From Microbotryum violaceum (taxonomy: Eukaryota), in assembly GCA_001244265.2 (NCBI GenBank), contig CDLV01000005.1, positions 2,170,001 to 2,234,000 of the forward strand: DNA of 64,000 nucleotides, written 5' to 3'. The position numbers were made by a program, and so were the translations under genes. The number at the start of each line of letters is the position of its first letter. Position 1 is the first letter of the stretch. Below, one piece after another: positions 1 to 9,408 of this stretch. The notes under the pieces were generated by a model that was not told the DNA's origin, searched no databases, and was given only the letters and a program-made list of their open reading frames with translations.

Positions 1-879
1 GTACAAGGCAAGTATCAACAGATCTTCACCCACTTGCTCAAATTGATGAGGATCGAAGCCGTGATGCGCAATTTGACGCTCGATATCACCAAACCGGTCG
101 TTTTCGGTCTTTCACGAAACGGAAGATTGGACGACAAGACGAAAGAGGTGCCGGTACCTTCACTTCTGTTGGACGTGGACCCCTTCGATTTTCGAGCGCG
201 TAAAGCCTTGATCGCTTTGTGTTTCGAACTTCGTACCCTCGTCAATAGTATTACGGGACACGCGTACCATTCCGCCATTGATGCCAACGTATCGAGGTTC
301 AAGAAGTCGCTACAAAGGATTGAACGGGCGTTACATCAGCAGCTTCACCAGGGCAAAATGCGCCCGACGGACGAGGAAGAGGATGATGATCCCGACTCAG
401 CAAGCGTATGGAATCTTGAAACCCTCGAACTCGTTCATCAGCAATTCCTCGACCGAATACTCCTTTCCCTCTTGCTTCAAAAACGTCAACGACCTCTCAT
501 GCGCGTCGTGACGGAAGGGATCTTTCAAGTCGTCCTTGATTTGGGTCGAGCGGTGAAGAAGTGGAAGAAGTTTCAGGCGAGTGGAACTTGGCCCGCACGT
601 GCAGAACAGACGATCCTTGAGGAGATCATGGGGATGCATCGTGTTCTAACGAGTCAAGCGAGTACGCTCGTCAAAGTTCTCCAAGCATTGGACGATAGAG
701 GCTCGTCAGCGAAAGCGTCATCAACAACGGGTTCAAGCTCGTCCCTTAAGGATCAACGAGGGAAGAAGTTGTTGGAAGAGATGGAAGCGGGTTTCGAGGC
801 GAAGAGTGCGGGATATTTGAGTGAATGGGTGTTCGCATTGGATGCGAATCGGTTTTATGCTGGATTGGGTGTAGTTTGA
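1..879 (+). CDS. Gamma-tubulin complex component (Spc97/Spc98/GCP family, GCP6-like), 3' part; 5' end lies outside the window
   Basis: Frame 1 is open from base 1 and reads VQGKYQQIFTHLLKLMRIE (GRIP2-type 'Y..IF..LL.L.R') and later LETLELVHQQFLDRILLSLLL ('L...H..FL..I'). Stop TGA at 877-879. Confidence 0.7.
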   Translation, partial: VQGKYQQIFTHLLKLMRIEAVMRNLTLDITKPVVFGLSRNGRLDDKTKEVPVPSLLLDVDPFDFRARKALIALCFELRTLVNSITGHAYHSAIDANVSRFKKSLQRIERALHQQLHQGKMRPTDEEEDDDPDSASVWNLETLELVHQQFLDRILLSLLLQKRQRPLMRVVTEGIFQVVLDLGRAVKKWKKFQASGTWPARAEQTILEEIMGMHRVLTSQASTLVKVLQALDDRGSSAKASSTTGSSSSLKDQRGKKLLEEMEAGFEAKSAGYLSEWVFALDANRFYAGLGVV

Positions 880-1094
880 AGTGAAAAGATCGGCATCCTG
901 GAGAAACTTTGGGGACATTTGTTCTCCGCCAATTTGCAATTCACGTTTCAGGACATAGGCACCTTGAGGGGCACGGGCAGATTAGGAAGCAACTATGTAC
1001 AAGGACATTATTAATTCACAAAGAGAGATGGACAGAGATTGTGTTCAGGAACTCATTCATACACACAACTTTACACTTATTTCGACCCAGTTGG

Positions 1095-2111
1095 TCAAAC
1101 CCTCGAAACGATCGAAGCCCAAGTCCTAACTTGAGGTGCTACCGTAGGACCCACCGCAGCCTCATCTTCCATCCCCAACAATTCCCAATCATCGTCCTCT
1201 TCCGATGCTGACGAACTGCCCGTGTCGGAACCCTGTCGAGGAGGGTGGAGGAACGAAGAGGGGCGTCCAGTATGATGATTGCCGAGCGAAAGTGCCGAGG
1301 TGGAAGGGGAGGAAGTGTCGTCGGGTAGTGTGATGACTCGCGCGTGGGGTGTGATCACTTCATAGTCGTGAGTTAGATCTAGTGAGGGAGGTGAGGCGCG
1401 TTCGGGTGTCAGTTCTCAGGTCGGGTTGATCTACTGTCGAACTTGAGGAGGCTCCCCGCCCCGCGCGCGCACACACAATCGCGGGCTGCTGATAACGGAA
1501 GCGATAAACATCGGAGGGACGAGGCGCGCGTCACCGCGTTACCCGCCGCCGATTACCCGCCACTGCACGCGATTGCCGACTGGGAGCTATCGGCCATGTG
1601 ATGATATTGCCGAGTAGTATGAAGAGAATGTGAACTGACCGAGTCGAGGTGGTTTATGAACGATGAGTTGATCCAAGCGAAGACTCGTCCTTCGTCTCGT
1701 CGCCGCGGCTTGATCCTCGTCACTGCTGGCGGCGTCGACTTCGATGTTCGTCCTGGCGGCGCCCCGACTTGGTGCCGACGCCGACATCATCGAGCTGCCA
1801 GTCGGAACGTGACCGTGCGCGAGCAAGAGTTCTTCCTGTAACGCCGCTTGGGTCCTCGCGTTCCCTCTGACGCTGTATTCATTCGATGACTTGGTCCCAT
1901 GATGATGATGAACACCGCCATGAACCGAGCGTCGACTAGTACTAGCAGCAGGCGGGCCGCCGGGTACGCCGTCCGAGCCCGAGGAGGACGGCGTGGGATG
2001 GCCGAGACTGCCACTGGTACCGTGTCGGTAACGCGCTTGAGCATGCAGCCCCAAGGAACGTTGACGTTGGACTTCTCGCATCGACTTGAGGGAAGCTGTT
2101 CCTGGGACCAT
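1095..2111 (-). CDS. Hypothetical disordered protein (~251 aa, 2 exons) with acidic aromatic C-terminal motifs
   Basis: ATG at 2111. Exon 2111-1640 ends at a GTCAGT donor; exon 1378-1095 follows a CTAG acceptor. The phases join in frame (..HKPPRL-D-LTHDYEVITPHARVITLPDD..EEDDDWELL..TWASIVSRV*). Confidence 0.6.
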
Positions 2112-2563
2112 GTTGTGAGCGTATGTAGTGTCGAATTTGTGCGGTGCGTGGTAGGTGGAACGAGAGGTGAACCGAGTCAAAGGCCGGGGAGCATGTGCAG
2201 TCGCACCGCCGAACCCTCTCCGACCCGAGGGCCACACTGGGCCGGGCCACAGACGCGCCTCTCCCTGGACCTGGACACGTTCGATTGGTGACGCGCGCGC
2301 GCATGTGTCATTCGGTGTGACACGTTGGGTACTGGTACCGTCCCTCATGATCAATCCTCCCTTCGCACCACCTGTCTTCCAAAACCGTCGACCCTCCCCC
2401 TCTCCTCTTCTCTCGCCCGTGCACGGCGCGGGCCCCTAGGAGCTTATGACTTCAGAAACCGAACTTTGTTTCCCTTGCGATTGCAAAAACAAACAAGACG
2501 TTACGTCAAAACAGATCCCAGGAATAACAAAACACCCCACGACGACGACGGGCCGTTGAGCGT

Positions 2564-3966
2564 TTATTCCTTGACCTTGACGGAACCTCGGAGCAAACCA
2601 GTTCGTCGGGCGGCAATGAGACCAGCCTACAAGACACCGAATGGAGGCGGAATCAGTTGGTTGCTTCGGTATTGATATAGGATACGGTCTCCCATCCTGG
2701 CTCACCTTTTGTCCGGAAACAGCATGACGGTTGATCGTCGAAGCTTTACCGATGTGTTGGTGGTTCTGTTGAACGAGGAAGACGGCTGCAGATCAGTATC
2801 CGGGCGTGGGTAGAGTCTAGAGCTGAGCAAAGTCCAAGAATACTTACACCTCCACCGTGAGGGTGATCAACGGGGTTCATCTGAAGAGGACAGGGGAAGT
2901 CCATGTCAGTTCTGGGAAAGAGTCGCACGAGCCACGACCGCGGGAGTGATACGCACGGCAACACCACGGGTCTTGGGCCAGTTGTTCTTCTTGGCCTTGG
3001 CGGCGTGGTAAGCTCGGCCGGCCTTGAGCATCGGCTTGTCAATCCTTCCACCACCGGCAACGATACCGATCGTGGCGCGGCCAAGGGCGTTGATGGACTT
3101 CTTGGCGCCCGAGGGCAAACGGATGCGCGTGCGGCCGGCATCGGCGTCGTGACCGATCACGGTGGCGTAGTTGCCCGAGGTACGCGCGAGCGATCCACGG
3201 TCTCCCGGCTGCTCCTCGACGTTGCAGACGATTGTACCTTCGGGGAGCGCGGCGAGGGGGAGGACGTTACCAACGCTGAGGGTGGCCTTCTTGCCGCAGT
3301 AGACGAAGGCGCCGGTCGAGAGGCCCTCGGTGGCGATGAAGGTCTCGGTGCGCATCTTGTAGCGGTAAGGATCACGGAAGACAACTTGGGCGAGGGGAGC
3401 ACCACTGCACGAGAGAGAAAGAGGGGCCGTATCGGATGTCAGCTCGTCGGTTACGTCGTCTTGGGTGCGCCTGCGAAATGCCGATCTGCCCCCGCGCTGT
3501 GACCTGGCCTGCTCCGTCGTCCAGATCCGTCAAGTACCATCCCATGATCGTTCATCTTGTTCGACATGGTCTCTCCGCCCTGGTCTCTCCGCCCTGGTCC
3601 ATGCCTTTGAATCCTCCCCATATCCGTCCAGCGTCCTTTTTCTCCCTCCCTCATGACCCCACTGACCCGAGGCACACGCCGCTCACAGTGCTGCTCCGAT
3701 CCTTGACGCTCTCTACGAATGCAAACTCACCGTCCAGGGTCGTGCAAGATCTCCTTGACTATCCCGCGAACGTAACCATTGCGTTCGGCATAGTCCAAGG
3801 CGCGGAGCTTGGCCGGTGCGACACGGTGGTGCGTGTGCGCTCGGAAGATGCCGCCCGACTTCCTTTGGTTGCGAATGACTATGAGGGAGGAAGGGGGGGG
3901 TAAGTTAGATGGGAGGTTTTTGCAGGGGGTGGGTTAGGTGGTGGGAATTTACTTACCACGTCCCAT
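2564..3966 (-). CDS. RPL2: 60S ribosomal protein uL2 (L2/L8), multi-exon
   Basis: MGR start at 3966 followed by a GTAAGT donor. Exons encode [12 protein letters not shown].., [52 protein letters not shown] and [16 protein letters not shown] at 2564-2566. Confidence 0.97.
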
Positions 3967-4104
3967 CGCGACTGTTGTAGTGCGGCGTGGAGAAGGAAAT
4001 GAACGGGCGGTAAGACGTTGGCAGCAGCGCGGAGGGCGGGCAGGCGAGCGAATTGAAGCGCGGGCCAAGGCAGGCAGGCGCAGGCGCAGGCGACGCGGGC
4101 GAGA

Positions 4105-4153
4105 CAGCGACCAGCGACCAGCGACCAGCGACCAGCGATCAGCGACCAGCGAC
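4105..4153. repeat. 7-bp tandem repeat (CAGCGAC)x7 upstream of RPL2
   Basis: Seven consecutive units read directly, one of them the variant CAGCGAT. Confidence 0.9.
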
Positions 4154-4497
4154 CGAGCCAACGACAGACACGGCGAGAGAGCGGGCAAAAAGTCAGCAGT
4201 CGATTTATGAACCATTCGCACACCGTATGAACCCGATTGAAGCCTCTTCATCCTGTTCTGATCCCATTCCCGACGATTACGAGGGGACATCCCCGTTGTC
4301 GTCGTTGCGAAAGGAGGGTGTAGGCCCTTCCAGACGGAGGGCGTTTTGCGTCGTCGTGCGAATGGCGGCGGCGGGCGGGTGGTGGTGGCCCAGCCCAAGC
4401 TCAGACGACACCCATTCCATCCCTGCCTCTAGCCTCGCTTCACCTCCATTCCGACCTCCATCCATCATCCGAGTCAAAAGGTCGTAGTCGGTTCTTA

Positions 4498-4722
4498 GAG
4501 TCCACCACTCGAGCGATAAGGATGTATAGGCTTACGTTAGTTTGACAGGTGAATCGAGTAGGGGTCGAGTGAATCCGAGAGAGACAGGGCCTTAGAGCGT
4601 GGTGCGCGCGCGAAGACGACCTCCCCTGGCTCGATTCGATGGGCGGATAGATTTTATCCTGGTCAAAATTCGGCCGATGGGTTTTGACCCGGCCATGCAT
4701 CCGAGCTGGACTCAGATTTTGG
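4498..4722 (+). ncRNA. Candidate structured non-coding RNA of unknown family
   Basis: Nested complementary segments: 4498-4504/4707-4713, 4520-4531/4692-4702, 4551-4564/4623-4637, 4645-4659 and 4661-4670/4680-4689. Non-WC pairs are G-U on the + strand. Followed by AGATTTTGG. No convincing ORF. Confidence 0.4.
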
Positions 4723-4885
4723 AGGGGTGAATCATGCGATCTGCATGTGTTACTTTTACTTTGATGCTATGAAAAACAAAGCGTATGTTATAGCTACTAC
4801 ACCCATTGCGACGATCGAGGTCTCATATCCCAATCGGTGCTTCTAAACACAGGGGGGTAATCCTACCGTGAGTTTCCCCACTCCC

Positions 4886-6831
4886 TTACCACCCCGCAGG
4901 CCTCAAGCACACCTCCCCCTCCTTGAACACCGTCCTATGCGGACTCTTGGGGTTCCCCTTCGTGCCCGTCGTCGGATGAACCAATGTCGTCTCAATCCCC
5001 TGGAACCCCTCCTCCGTCTCCCCCCTCCATTGCTTCGAACTAGCCGGCGGGATATTCCCCGCCGCCCTCCCATTACTCTCAAAAGGCACTTCCCTCCCTT
5101 CCTCCCCTCCAACCTCTTTCACGTGTCTCCCCAACTCAGTCAGGATGTCCCTCCCTCCTCGTGCAATGAGTTCCCTCGCGACGTCCGCTCCTAGCGCTTC
5201 GGAATCTTGGATTGAGTGGACCGTGCGCGTGATGGAAAATTCGACCGATTTAGTTCCGGCGAGGGAGGTGATCGTCCCTGTGAGGGTGAGGGATGCGGTG
5301 TGGGGATCGTCGATGTGTGGGTAGGCATGTCCGGCATGGTGCCCGTTCGTCGTCGTGGCGATTCCTTCATCGATAACCGAATCCGACGACGTTGCCGAAG
5401 CGGAATGGAACCCTCTCATTCGATTCGAAGGTGGACTCGACGTCAAAGGAAGCTCAACAATCTCACTCTCACATCCCACGGGGACCGAACAACCCCCTTC
5501 CAGCACGTGAAGCATACTCCGTTCGGCCCTCGTACGCCACCCCGTTTGCCAATGCTCGATCGAACCGACAATCTCGTGCGCGCGTTCATCGCCTTGACGA
5601 CATTCGATTCCGATCGCTCCTTGGCCGACGGCGTGGAACAACGTTGGAGAGGTGACGGATGCGGTGATGCGGTCGGCTAAACCTAGTCGGATCAGTCCTG
5701 CCGAGGCGAGGATCAAACCCGTGTATTGCGATTCCGGGTCATCGAGTTTGCGCAGGCGAGTTTGCACCAGTCCTCGCTGTTGTGCAAGGATCAAAGAGGT
5801 CAGTTCACGAAAAACGGCCTCGAAAAGGTGAGATAGACCACGATGACGTACGACATCGGCGAATTTGAGCCAAGGGAACCTCCTCCTTAACTGAGCGACG
5901 CGGCGCACACTACTCGTGCCAATCACACTACCATGCGGGAACTGCTCGAGTGAGGTGTAAGGTAAACCCTTTTTGACGCAAAGCGCATCGCTGGGATCCT
6001 CGCGTTCGAGTACGGCGCCGAGTTCGCAGCCTGGCGGGAATTCGGTCGGGACGTCCTTGAGCGAATGTACGATAGCATCGACGGAGCCGTCCGTCAGAGC
6101 GACTTCGAGCTCTTTTGTCCAGAGGGCTAGTGAAGAGAACGGAGGTGGATCAATCAACTTCCTAGTACTTGGGCGCGGTGTAGAGGCATCCGGGCAAGTG
6201 ACGAACCTTTGCCGCCGAGCAGGTACAGGGGTTGGGATTGATTTTTGTCACCGGCTGTTGTCTGTGGGCCGAGGAATCAAGGAGTCTTGGTCAAAGGAGC
6301 TTTTCAGAGCATAGTGAATGCATGGGTATCGTCGAAGCGAGTGCAAAAGATCTGTGCGGGCCCATTTGCGAGGCGCTCGTTCGATCGTTCGATGACCGCC
6401 GACCACCCGGAGAAAGAAGCCGGCGTGGGGAGGGAAGGGGAAATCCTTTACGGCCGGTCGTACGGCAAGGCAATTGACTTTGGATGATACACCACCTCAA
6501 AGCACCTTGATAGAAAGAACCAAGGCACACTGGATCCCAAACTGACCATTCCATAGATACGAATCTCGGTCCCGGGCCACAGCTTCTCCAAGTTCTGTTT
6601 CACGAGATTGGTCTGCACCATCGCCAACTTGCTCATTCTCGTCCCCAAGGTGAAGACGCCTACCCCGATCGAGGATTTGGATTGACGTTTGGACCTTTCG
6701 CGTAGGGCTTCGAATTCGGCGAGTCGTTCGGCTTCTCGAGCGCCGGCGGAGGTGGACATGACGGGACAGACTTCGCCGGGGATGTCTTTGGAGATGGGGG
6801 GATGCCCCGGGGGTAAGAGCCCTTGTTCCAT
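4886..6831 (-). CDS. HEM3: Porphobilinogen deaminase (hydroxymethylbilane synthase)
   Basis: Motifs LGTRMSKLAMVQT, TTAGDKNQSQPLYLLGGK (small exon ~6207-6261), LWTKELEVAL, VHSLKDVPT, LEREDPSDAL, IGTSSVRR.AQL, AVGQGAIGIE and the cofactor Cys in LEGGCSVPVG. Start at ATG 6831 is the most likely choice. Confidence 0.95.
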
Positions 6832-7432
6832 CGCGGGCTGTCGTGGATCGGTGGCCAAGTGGGGGTGTACAGAAATAGAAGAGTCGATCCCAGATGAGAG
6901 CTGAGGTGAAAGGGGAAATAAAGCGGATGGGAGGTCGAGCGAGCCGAGGAAGGGGCAACGAGGACGACCGCCGCGGCGATGAGCTCGCGTGTGCTCGCAT
7001 CAGGCTATTGAGACCAATTTAGAATTAGCCGTGCTCCCATTCGTCAATCGATTCGGAATAAAAGGCGGGCACGCCATGCAACGTAAATGAATCACACAGC
7101 AACTAGCTTATGAACCGTTCGTTGTCTACCTCGACCACTTTGGTCTTCCCGAATGTTTTCACATTGCAAGAGCTCGACGCTGCAGTGCTGGCAGTCGGTA
7201 ATAGTCACCCCGACTCGAGTCCTTGACTATTGCGCAAGCGCGACTCTGCGGATCCGTGCTGAAGTTTTTCCAGCGCTCGTACGACGTCGTATCACAAATC
7301 GAAGCGACGAAACTCTCTATCGTTGATTGTTTGATTAGCTCTCCCATATGTTTTGTGCCAGTAATAAAATGGCGATGGTGACGAAAACCGACGAAAACCG
7401 AAACTCTGGCAAGCCTGATCATCTGGTCATGC

Positions 7433-8109
7433 CAAGGATCCGCATTAGATCAGATCACCGTCAGATCAGATCACCGTCAGATCAGATCACCGTCAGATCA
7501 GATCACCGTCAGATCAGATCACCGTCAGATCAGATCAGTTCTGATCTGGATTTTTCTGATTCTGCCTTGATTGATCTAATTTTGATCTGATCTGAGCAGA
7601 TTAATTTGATCTGAGATATGAAATTGCCTAATTTGGCACATAAAGACTTCTACATGTCTACATGTTGAAATCCTCATCATCCTCCAGAGTGATCACCTTA
7701 CTAATTAAGCCGCCGCTTTCTGGAGGAGCTCCCCGCTTCTATGACTGGATTGGGTCGCATGATCCCTATGAGAAAGTGTTTGCAATGAGTCAGCACCTGA
7801 CACTGCAACGAAGGTCCATCAGAAGAGGACCACACCCTGTAGTATTCCTGTGGCGCGGGGCCGACACCCAATGCCGCGGCGATGGCAGATGGCGCGCTCC
7901 ATTCTCTCTCATGAAGTGATCAGGTGCGCCGCAGTTGGCATTTCAAATCACAATGGCAGCATCCAGGTCCCGCCTACTTTTGATTTTTTTTTTTTCCTCG
8001 AGGCTTGATTGATCTGAACTTGATCTGACCCCCGTCAGATCATATGAGATCTGATCTGAAACTGTTTAGATCAGATCAGAGATCTGATCTGATCTAATGC
8101 GGATCCCTG
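7433..8109. mobile_element. Non-autonomous hAT-type DNA transposon (MITE), 677 bp
   Basis: TIRs CAAGGATCCGCATTAGATCAGATCA and the reverse complement of the right end CAGGGATCCGCATTAGATCAGATCA (1 mismatch). Perfect 8-bp TSD GGTCATGC at 7425-7432 and 8110-8117. Many subterminal GATCA/GATCT repeats. No transposase ORF. Confidence 0.92.
7446..7537. repeat. Subterminal 16-bp tandem repeat (CAGATCAGATCACCGT)x5 plus a partial copy, inside the MITE
   Basis: CACCGT recurs at 7456, 7472, 7488, 7504 and 7520 (16-bp period). Confidence 0.9.
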
Positions 8110-8635
8110 GGTCATGCCGAGGGGGGCGATTCAAGCATCGCCACGGTGACTATGACGTGAGAGATTCGTACGTCAACAATAGCTTTCGGAAAAGAAGGTA
8201 GCTGGCTTATGGCTTATTCGGAGCTGAAATGAAGTGTCGAGATCTCTGACGTGGATTTGCGCCGAATCCGGTAGTCGAGCTCGAAGATCAAACAGCTGTG
8301 CGACTTTCTGAGCGCTCTTTGATCTGAATACAAGAGGTCGTCTGCCATGAACCTTACTCGCTAGTTTCTCCCATTGAACCCGAGCTTTAGCTGGGACCAC
8401 ACATTCGGAGCTGCTGGGGGTCAGCCATGTCCCGTTTCTCGTGACCGGCCCTAGGTGCTGCATCTGAAGTATACCGCGTGTAGTTGATGTTACAGTTGCG
8501 AGCTCCTTCCTCTACGCAACGCTTCCTCCTGCTACGAATCCTCTTCTGCGAGCGCGTGATCGATCGGTCTGTTCCCGCTGCGACGTCCTGTGTCTTCTTC
8601 TCCACGTCCGCGACGATGTATGGTGTTGTTGCTGT

Positions 8636-9030
8636 TCAGTGCTTTTGGTCCCACGGGTGGGCTCCCTAGCTCGAGCAAGGAAGGAAGGTCAGATGAAGCC
8701 CTACCACGGCCGAAGGGAGAGTGCGTATGAGACTGACGAGCAGTACGGCGCCGTCTTGTCGTGCTCGGTAAAAGATGAAGAACCACATCGAGGCGCCTAG
8801 AGTCCCGTTCAAGCAAAAGAGTCAGTCCATATTCACGGTCAGGGTAAGGTGTAGTGAGCTTACCCAACAACTTGGCGCCGAGTCGATAACCGATTCCTGT
8901 GCGTGCGTACGGACAAGGGGGTGGTGATTAGAGGCCAGGTCTGTATCGACGTGGTAGTTTGGCGAGCCGTACCTGGCAAGTGAGGGTGGAATGCACCTGC
9001 TGGTCGCGGTCCTGCTGCGTATCCTGCCAT
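8636..9030 (-). CDS. NDUFB2: NADH:ubiquinone oxidoreductase accessory subunit NDUFB2/AGGG-like, 59 aa, 4 exons
   Basis: Exons 9030-8973, 8896-8864, 8796-8738 and 8665-8636, all GT-AG, splice to MAGYAAGPRPAGAFHPHLPGIGYRLGAKLLGASMWFFIFYRARQDGAVLLGAHPWDQKH*. LGASMWF.IFYRA..DG..LLG.HPW is the fungal NDUFB2 signature. Confidence 0.88.
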
Positions 9031-9283
9031 GATTTCGGTATACTTTGGAGCCGAGAGAGGGGCGGAACCGACGAGCGGGAGCGCGCGCGGGTGGGCGAGT
9101 AGTAGTAGTGCATTGCTGGAAGCTGAAAGCTCTGAAGTGTAATCGGGAATTGGGCGGGTTTCATTACCTTATCCGGTGAAATTGGGCCACCACTTCGCAC
9201 CGACCCGACCGACCAGCTGCTGCTCTCTCTACCTCTGCCACCTCTGGCTTCCGCTCCCAGCTTCCGACTTGCAACTCCCAAGC

Positions 9284-9388
9284 GGTCAAATTATACTCGG
9301 CCAAATCATACTCGGCCACATTATACTCGGCCACATTATACTCGGCCAAATTATACTCGGCCAAATTATACTCGGTCAAATTATACTC
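9284..9388. repeat. 15-bp tandem repeat (GGYCAMATYATACTC)x7 between the divergent NDUFB2 and ELP1 starts
   Basis: Seven contiguous units, ending 20 bp before the ELP1 ATG. Confidence 0.92.
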
Positions 9389-9408
9389 TAGCGGGCACTC
9401 GATCCAGC

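Noticed and set aside
3405-3730. Intronic box C/D snoRNA in the long RPL2 intron (also considered for AIF intron ~14892-15096)
   Set aside because: No convincing RUGAUGA/CUGA pair with a terminal stem was found by eye.
7348-7590. ORF with RSDHRQIRSPSDQI repeats
   Set aside because: It is a translation of the MITE subterminal repeat and crosses the element boundary.
9284-9388. CRISPR-like array, or the ORF-track peptides (AEYNL)n / (ILGQI)n
   Set aside because: Units are contiguous with no unique spacers, the context is eukaryotic and no cas genes are present. The peptides are simply translations of the repeat.
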